Part shown: one piece after another, positions 13,207 through 25,559 of the stretch | Position numbering within the stretch: position 1 is the first letter of the stretch | Layout of the letters: every line of letters begins with the position of its first letter | Source of the DNA: Hemiscyllium ocellatum | Lineage: Eukaryota | DNA: 64,000 nucleotides | Reading direction: 5' to 3' | NCBI RefSeq assembly: GCF_020745735.1 | Contig: NC_083422.1 | Location: 28,582,001-28,646,000, forward strand | Translations under genes and position numbers: made by a program | Notes under the pieces: model-generated | Databases searched by the model: none | Told to the model about the DNA's origin: nothing | The model's input: only the letters and a program-made list of their open reading frames with translations

Positions 13207-16200
13207 TCAGCCTCCTTTCCCAGGAAGAAAATGTCATGGACTAGTGACCATTTAAAAGGAAAAAATATGCTCATGTCAGTTTTATTCCTGAACTGTGCCC
13301 TCTTGTATTAATCTTGCCCATACAAAAGGAAATACCTTTGAGATATTCATCCTATCAAGGCCCCTCAGAATCTTAACTTTCAAGGAGATTACCTCTCAAT
13401 CTTCTAATGTCTAAGGGTATAGATAATAGACTTCCTACCTAGCAGCACTGAGAGTTATGTCTACTACACCTAGTGAAGCCATTTCAGAAAGTGGCTCCCA
13501 ACCACCATCCCGAAGGTAATTAGGGATGAGCAACACGTCCTAGCTTTATCAACAACACCTCTTCTATCCCTCAAATGAGTGAATGTATTTGAAAAAAAAC
13601 AGTACCAGGTCATTTGTTTACATAAAAGAGTAAATCCCATTACCTCACATCCATACTTTTCATTGTTATGACTGTGGTAAAATATGGACTATAAATTTTC
13701 AACTTCCAAAATATAATTACCTGGAACTTGCATTGCATAAAAATATTTTTGAGTGTGGGGGTGGGGGCGGTGTAATCACTCACTCGGAATGGCCACAGCA
13801 ATCAGCTGAATATAAGTTGAGCCAACTCATGAGACCATCAATACATCAGAACTAATCTGACCAAAATTAACCTAACTATCAAAAAGGATCAAAACTCAGA
13901 TCTATATCGCCAATTTGAATTAGACTTCACATCTTGGGATGAAAGACTTGCCTGGAAATGATCCAAACGAGTCCTGCAGCTGCTTTGGCAGAGCAGCAGG
14001 CAACAAGAAACATGGATTCTGAACATCAGAACTGGAAGTCTGTCTTTATCCCAGTTTTTCCTCAGTCCCTTGAAAGGCCACTTTGTAATAATGCAAACTG
14101 GAGAAACAACCATTCACCAAGAAAGCAAACAATATCTGCAATAAACTTGATATGGGTGTGTACATAGATGCATGTTGGATTTCACACTTTTTTTATTTTC
14201 TTGGGATAAGTTACAAAAGCTTTCTTTCAAGTAAACCTTGCAGATGGTTCATTATTGTTGATGCTAGTGAAGTAGCAAACTACATTTTAATTAAGGTGAG
14301 ATATAGCTGTGGGCTAAGAAGCATTTAATATACTTGTTGCAGTCAACTGAGGAATGTGAAAAAGAGGAAGCCAATTCACTGCTCCTAACCTTGTAATATT
14401 ACACACATATGTCACATCTGGAAACATTTCAATATCATCTCGGAGCCTGCTGCCAAGACAGGTAACCCTCAATTCCTGCCAAGTAGATGTCTGATGAAAT
14501 AGCAGTTAAATCATAAGGGACTTAATACAGTAATTAATTCGGAAGAATTGGGATAGCACACCCTAGTGAATGAAGCAGTTAACTGGAGTAGAACTAATCG
14601 TCCCAACATAACATTGAATATTTCAGAGGGAGACTTTTCAAACTACTGCACAGCATAACCCATTGCATATCAAGAGACTCTTCTTGCATCCACATATCTA
14701 GTCGGCTTTTTTTTTCATGTCATTACATGCCACAATAGAAGGATTGAACTCTGTTAATGAACATGAGTAAAACATGAATCTAACTTTACCACTGCTGGAA
14801 TAACTATTCAGTGAAAATTTTGTGGTTATTTCTAGGTTGTTGACAGGTTTTTCACAAAGTTTAGAAATTTAGAATTTTAAAACTTTTTAACTTTTACATA
14901 AACACTTACAAAAATCATAAAGCACCATCTATTGGTTCCTTTTTTAAAAGCAGGATTTTAAATTCAAACAGACCAAACAATTACTTACCATGAGAAACAT
15001 GTGGAATGAAAACATTTCGTGGGAAACAAATTAAACCAAGAGCATTGTTTTCATTCAAGACTAATCATCAATGGTAGCTTTTATAAAATGCACACACAGT
15101 TGAGGGTTTAGTATCTTCCTGCTCCTCCATTATGTCATGCATGTCTCCTTAAATATCATCATTCTTGATCAAGCACATCGGCTGGTGACTGCCTTCACAG
15201 TCTACTTATTTGCTACGCATTAAATAGGACACAGGCTTGAAAATGTGGACATGTGCTTCCACAGAAGTTACCTCACGAAGAGTAAATCTGGACTGGCAAA
15301 TGAATCAATGTAAACATTCAACTGGACAAACATCAAAAGTAAGCCATCCAGCTGTCTCTTCCATTAAATCAAAAACTGAAGGATTTTATTATAAAATATC
15401 CATGCTGTTCATTCAGCATGAAGCTTTAAAAGAGACCAACTCAAGAGCAGAATAATCGCTAATTTAAGATCCCATTCTGATTAACTTTCTCCTGGAAATC
15501 ACTTATACGTGTATGCCGTTTTACAAATGTGAAGTGTTTACATCAGAAGAGAAAGCATGAAAAAATATGTAAAGTAATCATTAAATGATGACTAATAAAA
15601 TACCATCTTTGAAATGCAGAGAAGGGAATTCGTATTTCAATAAGCCAATTTTCAAGTGTGTAAAAGGTGAAGTGGGTTCTAAATTCACCCTATGTCATCT
15701 AAACATCACTGACCTTGCAAAACTAAATCAATCTAAATGGGACCCCCATAGGTAATTAGAAAAACAAAATCAGCAATGTTATTACATTATGGAGTTAAAA
15801 TAGGCAGAAGTGCTTGTCCTGGCTTCACAATGCAACAGTTGCCTATTTTTGAACCTCACTCGACCAAGTGTCCTTCCCCTGCCAACTCTGAAGGTAAATA
15901 CCTAGAAAGTTGCTTCTGGTGTAGAGTTCACCCCTCCCAGATATCCCATTCACTTTTGTTGAAATTCCCAAAGGACTGCTTTGTCCCAGACTCGCCTCCA
16001 TTTTGGCCATGCCTGAGGGTTGCTCCTAGCATTACAATGGCTTATGTTCCTGTCATCAAGACTGACAACCTCCTTTGAAATATCTAGTGGCACATACACC
16101 TAACCACTTAAATAAAGCCACCATGCATTTCAGGCACATGTCCAGTTTATCTTCTTGACTATCAAATCACTAATGGTTTCTGCACCAATGCTGTTTTTGT

Positions 16201-16483
16201 GGGCAAGCTTGTTCTGCATTGTAAGAAGTTGGTTTTAAAAAATATATGAAGAGGCAATGGCATAGCGCTAAACCACACCTTTCATTTTACATCATTTGAT
16301 CATTCTGTTCTTCATCACATTTGTGGATATTGCAATCACAAGCTCCACACAATAGTGCAGAAAGAGCTGTGTGGATAAGATGTGCAAAGTGAATGTATGT
16401 GGAAGGTTTCCAGTGGTCATGTCAGGAGTTGCTCTGCAATTGCAATGTAATTGCGATGAAGTAATATAGCTTTTTGCTTCCTT

Positions 16484-16623
16484 TTTCTCTCCATTCCTGA
16501 TGAAGGGCATGTGTCCGAAATGTCGATTTTCCTGTTCCTCAGATGCTGCCTGACCCACTGTGCTTTTCCAGCACCATTCTAATCCAAACTCTGGTTTGCA
16601 GCATCTGCAGTCCTCACTTTTGC
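16484..16623 (+). mobile_element. Penelope-derived pLTR mini-element with hammerhead motif
   Basis: CCTGATGAAGGGCATGTGTCCGAAATGTCGA...CAGCATCTGCAGTCCTCACTTT; 14-bp direct repeat CTTTTTGCTTCCTT at 16470-16483 and 16624-16637. Confidence 0.9.
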
Positions 16624-17359
16624 CTTTTTGCTTCCTTGACCTACTCTCCACTGTACTGTACATTCCACTTCCTTCAACATATGCAAGCATCTTTCAATTT
16701 CTCCATTAGTTCTTGGCTCACTGGGTATGATTTCTACTATTAATTTGGGGTCTATTCAGACTTTTCACTATTTGGGGGATTTTAAACAAAACAAAAATCC
16801 AGTCAAGCTTTAAAATGACTTTCATTGAAGGTGACATCACTATTTCTCTGACTGGGAATCTGTTGTGGTCGACAATGACAACAATTGGTTTTTGCTAGAA
16901 TGTAAGTCTGCGAAATTAACCCTCAACTCAAACTATGGCCCTAGAAGTGATTCAGAAGTCTTGAGAGGATTCCAGACAATGAAAAAAAGGTGACATTGTG
17001 ACTGCTTGACATGCCTTACGATGTGGCAAATTCCTGGGAACAATCTAATTTCCCTAAGAAGTTGTTTGCTTTTTACATTAATGTACAAAGGTGGTTTGCT
17101 GTTGAGCAAGGGTTCATCAGCCTCTCATTATCATTGTAGTCACAAGAAGCCATTGTTCAGCATGTTTGAGGTATTGTTAATCTCTTTCAGTTTTATATTC
17201 CAGAGGTGCTCCTAACTTTCTCTCTCCTCTAAACGGCCATTTAACTTATATTTGCAGCCATTTTGGATGATTCAGCCCTTACATTGAAAATTTAATTCAT
17301 TTTGGAAGTTTGGAATCCACATTATTTCAGGGTTCTGACCCGTGCCAGACTACTATGTG

Positions 17360-17780
17360 CTCAAGTGGTTTGACACCAGGCAGCCTGTTTGATTGGAACC
17401 CTGCCTACCATTTTCAACATTAATTGTCTCCACTGCTGACATACAATGCCTACAGTGTGTATAATCTGTTGGCAGCAACTCAGTGCAATAATCCACCAAG
17501 GCCTCTTCGACAGCACCTTCCAAACTCCTGATCTCTACCAATCAGAATGACATGGGCAAGTTCTCCTCCAAGCCCAAACTATCCTGACTTGGAACTATTA
17601 CCATTCCTTTACTATCACTGGTTCAAAATCCTGAAGCTCTCTTCTTAACAGCACTGTGGGTATGCCCACACTTCATAGGCTTTTGGACTGCAGCAGTTCA
17701 AGATGGCAGCTCACCATCAGCTTCTCATGGGCAATTAGTAAACATCAATAAATACTGGCTGATCCAGTGACATTCACATC
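17360..17780 (+). mobile_element. CR1/L2-group LINE 3' end (second family)
   Basis: CTTCGACAGCACCTTCCAAAC...CCTGACTTGGAACTAT...GGACTGCAGCAGTTCAAGATGGCAGCTCACCA...GGCAAT...CCAGTGACATTCACATC. Confidence 0.75.
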
Positions 17781-17829
17781 TGTTACTGGCTAAATAGAAA
17801 AAGTGGTCTCATGAAAGCACTGAAGGAAC

Positions 17830-18600
17830 GTAGTAATACATTTCTGCTTTCATATCCCATTTCCTTTGAAATAAACATCATTCCCTTTGCCTTCCTGATC
17901 ACTTCTGGTGCCAGCATAATGACCTATTGTGATTCACAACACAGGACATCAATATCCATCTATAATACACAGTTCTGTAATCTGACCATTTATGTTGTTT
18001 TTCAGTTCTTTCTGCAAAAGTTGACAAGTTCACATTTTCCAACCTTACATCTGCCAAATTATTACCCATTCATTCAACCTTTCCATATGCCTTTGCATAT
18101 TTCTTACAGCCTCTTTACAAATTACTCTCCTATCCAAGTTTGAATCATAAAACTCTACAAAACAGAAGGAGGCCATTCAGCCCATCATGTCTGTACCAGC
18201 TCTAAAGAGCTATCCAGCGAGTCCTTTCTCCAGCAGTTGGGTCATTAGGAAACTTAGCAACTATGCGTTCGATCCCTCCAAGTCACTGATACACATCTAA
18301 ATAGTTGAAGCCCTAGCACTGATCCCTATGGCATTCTGCAACCCAAAAATTACTCATTTATGCCTGTCCTCCATTTCTGGTCAGCTAACCAATTCTCTTT
18401 CCAGACTAATAAGATACACTGACACAGAGCTCTTATTTTATGTTGCAACTTTTGAGGTGGCATCTTATCAAATAACTTCTAGGAATCTAACTGGATTAAA
18501 TCCATAGACTCTTGTTTACTTATGCAGCATATTACTTTCTCAAAGAATTATAATAAATTAGTAATACTTTTTTTCAGAAAACTGGGTTGACTTGACTGAT
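17830..18600 (-). mobile_element. Decayed CR1 LINE RT fragment
   Basis: TCACATTTTCCAACCTTACATC, CCCTAGCACTGATCCCTATGGCA (reverse of the GVPQGSVLG motif) and CTTATCAAATAACTTCT remnants. Confidence 0.6.
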
Positions 18601-18649
18601 TGCAGTGGTATTTTGTAAATACAGTGCTGAGATCTCTGGCAGATATTAA

Positions 18650-20290
18650 GACATTCAGGCATGTCTCCCCTTCCGTTTCGGCGTAATGTGGATACATTTA
18701 GGATCACTGATGTTCATGTGCCTTCAAATCGTTGAAGAAAGTACTGCATTATGTGCTGAAATATCTTAGCTGTTGAGCTGAGTAGAAGGTTGAGCTTTTT
18801 GCATCAAAAGTTACTATCAGAGTGGACAACATCCACATTACCTCAACTTTTTTAAAGTCATTGTTATGGTAGGTCAATTTCAATACAGTGTTTCACACTA
18901 TTTACTTTCTCAGTGGTAATGATTGTTAGTGTTAAGTGTCTTCTCATTGTATTCTTGGTTTGGTGACTGCTTTTTAATGGCGACTCTAATCAAATTCTCA
19001 CTCTTGGGTTTCTTGATTACAGGGATTGGCACATCACCAACTTTCTCAGTAATGTCAAGTAGATACTGAAGTTCCTTTTCTGTCACTTTCCAACAGGAAA
19101 TGGTATCCACTGCTGCTGATGTACAACTGGGAGCCATTAAGGTCTACGTTCAGCTAGAATGTAACATCTTTCAATCGGTCAGTGCCAACAGAGTAGACAG
19201 TTTATAATTCAGGAATGTTGGTGGGATGCATAGGAAATGTTTATGTAAATGCAATCATGTGCAATCTATTGCCTCTTTGAAACTGGTAGGTGTCTTCAGA
19301 TATGAACAGAATACAGCATTTATCTTAGCATCTGTGGATGAGACTGGCATTTCAAAAGTCCCAAGAATCTTTATTGGTTTGTCACCATTGTAAGGGAAGC
19401 ATTTTGTACTCTCCAATTTGCACAAAATAGGGTAATTCTGAAGTTTGTTGAACTTATTATTTCACATGCATTGACAGACACTCCTGTATCATGAGTGCAT
19501 CTACATGTGAGCAACCAATGGTCACTATTAAATGTGGCTGGTTGCTATGTCTGAGAGGAAACACTAAAAAAATTCAGGATTATCCACCTTTATAGTGATT
19601 CCTTACTCTCACTCTTTTGCTGTGATATACGCTATGTCAGGATAGGGCCTGCTGTCCAGTTTGGGTAAGCAAGGCCACAATGGGAATAGTTTCTGCCCAT
19701 TTTATAACTCAGAGACTGCTACTATTGCTTTCCAGATATAGGTTTCTGGTATATAAATAAAGAACAGTGTTCAACAGAGTCAAACCTGGAGTGTGGTAGT
19801 TACTATTGACAGCCTAAACTTCAGTTGTTCTGGACTCTGAAAACAATAACAATCTTGTTTCTGCCAACAGTTCTACAGTTTCGTGTCTTTCCAGATTGCT
19901 TTTGGCTAGTTGACTCAAGAGACGATCTCCAATTATTTGTATTCTACTTTCCAGTTTTACATGGTGAAAATCAAAGTCATATTTGTTTGCAATATTGGTG
20001 AATTGTCCCGTTTCGTTCTTGTTTAGTTACTAAGCCAATAATTGTTCTGTATATTGTACTTTTCTTAGGTGTGAAATAGCTCAGAGAAGTTTTCTGCGGA
20101 GTTATAGCTATTTCTGTATTCTGAAGGTTTATATGTCACAAGAATATTTTCCAATTCTTCAGCTCCAAATATGGAGAAATAAGTCCACTTTAGTTATCTG
20201 TGATTGCAAAACCTACCAGTGCACCTTCCAAATGTCACATCACTTTTACCAATGAGAAAGTACAGGTAATGATTACAGTGCATATCAAAA
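18650..20290 (-). mobile_element. Decayed Ty3/Gypsy LTR retrotransposon internal region (gag-protease-RT)
   Basis: Minus-strand translation, in order: gag LEGALVGFAITDN/FGAEELENIL/YFTPKKSTIY (about 20230-20045); protease DTGVSVN (19490-19470) and KCFPYNGDKPIKILGTFEMPV (about 19404-19342); RT KVTEKELQYLL..IKKPKSENLIRVAI (about 19090-18977) and LSSTAKIFQHIMQ..NISD (about 18782-18703). Many stops and frameshifts. Confidence 0.85.
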
Positions 20291-20419
20291 CACAATACGG
20301 TAGGTACAGACAACAACACTTTCATCAGAAATGCAGTGATAATTCTAAATTATTGATGCATGCACTATGTTTCATTTTAAGACAAAAACGTCTCTTTGGA
20401 TGGTGAATTCGCATGGTTG

Positions 20420-20508
20420 AGAGAGAGACAGACAGACACACACACACACACACACACAGGCACAGAGAGAGAGAGGCACACAGAGGCACAGAGAGAGAGA
20501 GAGACAGA
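20420..20508. repeat. Compound (GA)n/(CA)n microsatellite
   Basis: GAGAGAGAGACAGACAGACACACACAC...AGAGAGAGAGAGAC seen directly. Confidence 0.95.
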
Positions 20509-20544
20509 GTGGAAGACGTGGTGTGCATATCAAAGAATAGGCTA

Positions 20545-21730
20545 TGTTGTAAGGTGTTCCCTGAATCACTAACTGAAAATGTTGTATTTGGAAAATAGAC
20601 ATATCTTCTAGACGTTTTATACTTGTAAACAATGTCTCATATATTCCCTATCTTGTGCAACCATGTCTTGGGAAAAAAAAATATGATTTCGGAAGAAGCA
20701 GAACTGCTGTACGCATTGGTAAACCATGGATTCCTTCATTCTCTCTTTCAGATTTCCTTGATTGGTATATGTGTGTATGGTAGCATGGTGAACAGTTCAT
20801 GCATTTAATGTTGAGTATTTAAGTTTGAACAACTAAAGTTTAACTGCAGAAAATACAAGTGAAGCACTTTGAACTCTATTACACTTAAAAAGGTTAAAGT
20901 CTCGTGGCTTTAGCAGCTGAAACAGAATCAGAATGGGAAAAATATTTTTCAATTTGAAGCTAAATTAATCTAAAAGCATTCAGTAAAAGCTGAAGGTCTG
21001 TAAAGCATCAGATGAAAGAAGCAATTGTAAATGAGAAATACTAAACACTAAAGAACAAGTTAAGGGCGGACCAAAGCAGGCTATGTCTTCTTAAGAAGAT
21101 TCTCTGGTTTCAATTTAACTGGGTATGAGCTTGTGTGGAAAAATTGGTTGAAGTTCACAGATTGGAAAGTTCTGAAGCAAAGTAACAACTTCCAACAGCA
21201 CAAGCCCAGCTGTCAACAAACTCCCAAAGCAGTTTGGGCAAGAGAAGTCCATGGCATCTATTGAAGTTCAATGCGAAGGAAGCCCACACTCAGCATTCCC
21301 TTGATGCAACTGAGAAAGTCTGGTTCTTTGAGGGATTCAGGTGTAGCTTCCAAAAGCTAGCTGTTCGATACAGGCTGAAACTAAATGCTTCTGGGCAGTC
21401 TCACCAGTCCTGGGGATCTCTATCTCAGAAGTGACTCAATTACTGACATTAAGAAACGTTTGAAGTGTTGAAAAATCTGTGTTGACTGCATTCATCTTTG
21501 ATATGCTCTATGGGATGTTTAACCCCAGTTGATCTGTTTTCCATATTTGTTTCAGGTTAATTCTGGATGTTTGAGTTGGTTGCATACATAGATTTTTTTG
21601 GAACCTTGTGTCTAAACATCTTAGGAAGTAATTGGGATCTTGAAATTTGTCTACTTTAAAACGAAAAAAAGTTATTGATTCCCTAATCAGATTGAAATAT
21701 AATTTGACTGTCCTGACCAGAGTCATAACA
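20545..21730. mobile_element. Possible solo LTR (about 1.2 kb)
   Basis: Begins TGTTGTAA and ends GTCATAACA, the same terminus as the 49274-49991 LTR. No clean TSD. Confidence 0.4.
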
Positions 21731-22650
21731 ATAGCCTGAAATGGACAGAATGCACAATGCAGTTCTCAACATTCAATAGAATACAAACTGAGGGACAATT
21801 CTATACTGGTATATTTACATATTTATTACCAATGGGTTATTTAACCACAAGTACCACTCCAACTTGGGAATATAGTCATATATCTTCAACCTGCCTTCAT
21901 CTAGCCTCATGTAGCAACCATTGCAGTAATGCTGGAATCACTGAAACAATTATGTTTCAGGATGACTGAGCAGACTGTCCTGAACTTGCTGCCTGTTTTA
22001 AAAAGCCCAGGGATCTGATGAAAAGGTTAACACTTCAGAACCTTCAATTATTTTTAATGCACAATAAGTAGCCCATATTCCAAAACTATTTAAAAATCAC
22101 ATCTGTTGTACATGACACTCCCAACAGTATTTATAATTAGTGCTTTTTTATATTTTATACCTATTGCACAGATTAAAAAGTAGGTCTAATTTCACCAAGT
22201 TAAAAGCTTTTTCGGAATATCAAAACAAAACTTGCATTTCTTCTCATGATATACAACAAGAACAATACAATATTTTTATAGGTATTCATTAAATTGAAAC
22301 AAATTTTTAAGTGACTCCTGACTGAGCTGAAAACTATCTTAACTTGTGCAATCTCTTTTTTATGAAGCAGTACAGAGTCTGGCATGATCCAGGATAAAGC
22401 AGCTGCTTGATTGGCATCATATAGACCACCTTCAACATTCACACCCTCTATGCATAGTGGCAGCAGTGTGTACCATCTGCAGGATGCACTGCAGCAATTC
22501 ACCCAGGCTCCTTCGAAAACATCTTCCAAACATACAAGCCCAACCACCTGGAAGAATGGTCAGCAGATGCATGAGAATACCACCACCTCAAGTTCCACTT
22601 TAAGCTATATACTATTTGCCTTGGAATGTTGGCATCATACATTCACAGTG

Positions 22651-22876
22651 TAAAAAGTGAGGTCCGCAGATGCTGGAGATTAGAGCTGAAAATGTGTTGC
22701 TGGTTAAAGCACAGCAGGTCAGGCAGCATCCAAGGAACAGGAAATTCGACGTTTCGGGCCAAAGCCCTTCATCAGGAATTGAAGGGCCAGATGAAGGGCT
22801 CTGGCTCGAAACGTCGAATTTCCTGTTCCTTGGATGCTGCCTGACCTGCTGTGCTTTAACCAGCAACACATTTTCA
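22651..22876. mobile_element. Palindromic Penelope-derived mini-element (inverted pLTR pair)
   Basis: About 92-bp inverted arms at 22685-22776 and 22787-22878; 19-bp direct repeat GCATCATACATTCACAGTG at 22632-22650 and 22877-22895. Confidence 0.93.
22744..22779 (-). ncRNA. Minimal type I hammerhead ribozyme motif (PLE type)
   Basis: Minus strand reads ATTC-CTGATGA-A-GGGC-TTTG-GCCC-GAAA-C-GTC-GAAT. It has the conserved CUGAUGA/GAAA/GUC core, stem I ATTC:GAAT, stem II GGGC:GCCC and a palindromic ACGT in place of stem III. Activity is not shown. Confidence 0.7.
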
Positions 22877-23619
22877 GCATCATACATTCACAGTGGCTGG
22901 GTCAACATTTCGGTGCTCCCTTCCTAATAGCATTGTACATAACTGCACCTATGCACTTTGACTGCAGTATTGCAAGAACATGCCTCATCACTACTTTCAA
23001 GGGCAATAAGGGGTGGGCAATAAATGCTTGCACAGTCTGTGATGCCCACTGCCCATTAAAGAATAAACTAAGTAATAGAGATTTCAAGGGCTCAAGAATA
23101 CTGGGAAATTTAACTAACTCCAGCCTCTGGTTTGCACATTGAAGAACCTCCCTGAGTTTTCTCTTGCCTCCTTATGAAGACATTGTATATTCCCATTTTG
23201 ATCTGGGTCATCCGCAGGGAGTGAAGTGGTTGGGAGGCTGGAATATTCTCAAGAGATGCTTGCACTTTCATTTCCTCTTTTGTACAGCTATTCCTTCAGG
23301 AAAGGTGGCCATGTTTCCCAAGGGACAGGAAACATTTAGCATTTTGGCCCTAAACTAAATATAAAGGGAGGTTTTGGCAAGAACATGAGCCATTTCTGGG
23401 ATATGATGAGCATTTTTCCCTGAAAGTTGTTGAGAGCGCAATTCAGAAAGGTGAGAAGGTGAATATAATATGTAATATAATATAATATGTAATGAACCTC
23501 TATTTCCACTTGACCTTTGTGGAAATTGAATGCACTCAAGACGTTTGCCAAGGTAAGTGAGTGTTCGCTCTGATGGTCTCTTTCCAGTGGTCTACAATGA
23601 CATGCTTGCAAATATACTC

Positions 23620-24175
23620 GCACTTTTACAAAAAATGGAGGTGGGTGTAACATTTAAAAAGACATCTGGGTGGGTATATAAATAGAAAGGATTTAAGAGA
23701 GGTATGGGCCAAATGCTGGAAAATGGGACTAGGTCAGATTGGGATGTCTGGTCTGCATGGAATAAAGGGTTTCTATGCTGGATGACTCTGAGTCTATAAT
23801 TTTCAGTCAGATGCATAATCCCATGGGGTACTTTCAACAGGCAGGAACATGGACAGGGTAAATAGAAAGCAGTTATTCTCTTCAGTCAAAGGGTCAAGAA
23901 CAAGAGGGAACACTTAACGTGAAAGACAGACTTGAGGAAAGGACTTTTTTCACCAAGAGGGTGGTGGGGTCTCGAATGCACTTTGTGGGAGAATGTTTTA
24001 AGCAAGTCACATCACAAATTTTTAGAAAAGTACTTGAATGGACACACAAAGTGCTATAACATTCACAGCCATGGGCCTATTGCAAGAAAAAAATGGAGGT
24101 AATAGTGTATTTTTGCTGGTTTAGACTCAGGGGGCTGAATGGCCTATTTTGTATTATATGAATTCATGATTCTAT
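23620..24175 (+). mobile_element. Two decayed CR1/HER1 3' end fragments
   Basis: ACATTTAAAAAGACATCTGG...ATGGGCCAAATGCTGG (23620-23800) and TTTTCACCAAGAGGGTGGTGGG...GCTGAATGGCCT...ATGATTCTAT (23840-24175). Confidence 0.7.
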
Positions 24176-24470
24176 ACCCCTCAGATCTCTATACTGTTAG
24201 GCTAAGGAGCTGTATTTATTCCAGATGCGCACTTCACCTGTCCGAAAACACCTTCCTATAGATTCCCTCAGTATCCACTTGCATGCTACTAATTCTTGTG
24301 TTCCTGCAGGGGAAGAACCTGTAACCAATTGATTAGCTCTGGGCCTCCGTGTCAGTATGAATTTTATTAAAATCTTCTAACTGCAGCGCACAATTAAAGA
24401 AAAACCTGAAAACGGGATCTCCAGATGCTAACAGTGCTCTAAGAATTTACCATGGATATGATTCACTGCC

Positions 24471-24687
24471 GAGGAGAAAGTGAGGTCTGCAGATGCTGGA
24501 GTATCAGAGCTGAAAATGTGTTGCTGGAAAAGCGCAGCAGGTCAGGCAGCATCGAAGGAACAGGAAATTCGACGTTTTGGGCATAAGCCCTTCATTCCTG
24601 ATGAAGGGCTTATGCCCAAAACGTCGAATTTCCTGTTCCTTGGATGCTGCCTGACCTGCTGCGCTTTTCCAGCAACACATTTTCAGC
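24471..24687. mobile_element. Palindromic Penelope-derived mini-element (inverted pLTR pair)
   Basis: Arms GCTGAAAATGTGTTGCTGG...GCCCTTCAT and ATGAAGGGC...CCAGCAACACATTTTCAGC; 14-bp direct repeat TATGATTCACTGCC at 24457-24470 and 24688-24701. Confidence 0.93.
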
Positions 24688-24919
24688 TATGATTCACTGC
24701 CACCAAGTGGTCCCTGTTTCCAAACAGAAACCAAGATAAAGATAACTGGAACAAATCTCTATGTATTTTCAAAAGCATTTATGAAGATACAGATTAGAAG
24801 CAGTCATTTCCAACTCAAAAAAAATTCAAGAGTGCTCCTATTTATGGAAATACAAGTAAATCCCCAGTTAATGCCCAACATTAGTATATAATTAAAACAC
24901 AATTAATAAACAATTAGCA

Positions 24920-25470
24920 GACTTTTGGAATAGTGTGTGCAATTCTGGTCTCCTTTGTATCGGAAAGATGTTGTGAAACTTGCAAAGGTTCAGAAAAGAT
25001 TTACAAGGATGTTGCCAGGATTGGAGGATTTGAGCTATATGGAGAGGTTAAATGGGCTTGGCTGTTTTCCCAGGGGCATCGGAGGCTGAGGGGTGACCTT
25101 ATAGGTTTATAAAATCATGAGCGGCATGGATAGGGCAATAGACAAAGTCTCTTCCCTGGGGTGGGGGAGTCCAGAACTAGAAGGCATAAGTTTAGGGTGA
25201 GAGGAGAAAGTTATAAAAGAGACCTAAGGGGCAACTGTTTTTTACGCAGAGGTTGGTGCATATGTAGAATGGGCTGCCAGAGGAAGTGGTGGAGACTGGT
25301 ACAATTACAACATTTAAAAGGCATCTGGATAGGTTTATTTACAGGAAGGATTTGGAGGGCTATGGGCCAGGTGCTGGCAGGTGGGACGAGATTGGGTTGG
25401 GATATTTGGTTGGCATGGATGAGTTGGACCGAACGGTCTGTTTCCATGCTGTACATCTCTATGATTCTAT
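24920..25470 (+). mobile_element. HER1/CR1 LINE, 5'-truncated
   Basis: QFWSP..RKDVVKL..VQKRFTRMLPGL and GESRTRRHKFRVRGESYKRDLRGN segments; tail GTACATCTCTATGATTCTAT. Confidence 0.93.
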
Positions 25471-25559
25471 AAGTGGTCACGTATCTAAGCAGAACTGAAA
25501 CTGCAGGCTTATGTCCATTCTTTCTCCTCTCTCAAGGAGTAGTTCACTCAGACTGCCAT

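Larger units (their letters stand above)
22370..23070 (+). mobile_element. CR1/L2-group LINE 3' end (second family), interrupted by a palindromic PLE element
   Basis: ATCCAGGATAAAGCAGCTGCTTGATTGGCA (IQDKAA..IG), GCAGTGTGTACCATCTGCAGGATGCACTGCAGCAA and tail GGGCAATAAATGCT...GATGCCCAC. Confidence 0.75.

Noticed and set aside
13860-14145. Long plus frame with a single in-frame TGA (selenoprotein?)
   Set aside because: There is no Cys/Sec redox motif, no recognisable family and no SECIS that I can identify.
22651-22876. DNA-transposon MITE
   Set aside because: The arm sequence equals the 3' pLTR of the GIY-YIG element at 7531-7622, the arms are asymmetric, and TSD length varies (14 vs 19 bp).
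22612-22927. Near-identical ORFs on both strands
   Set aside because: An artefact of the palindrome.
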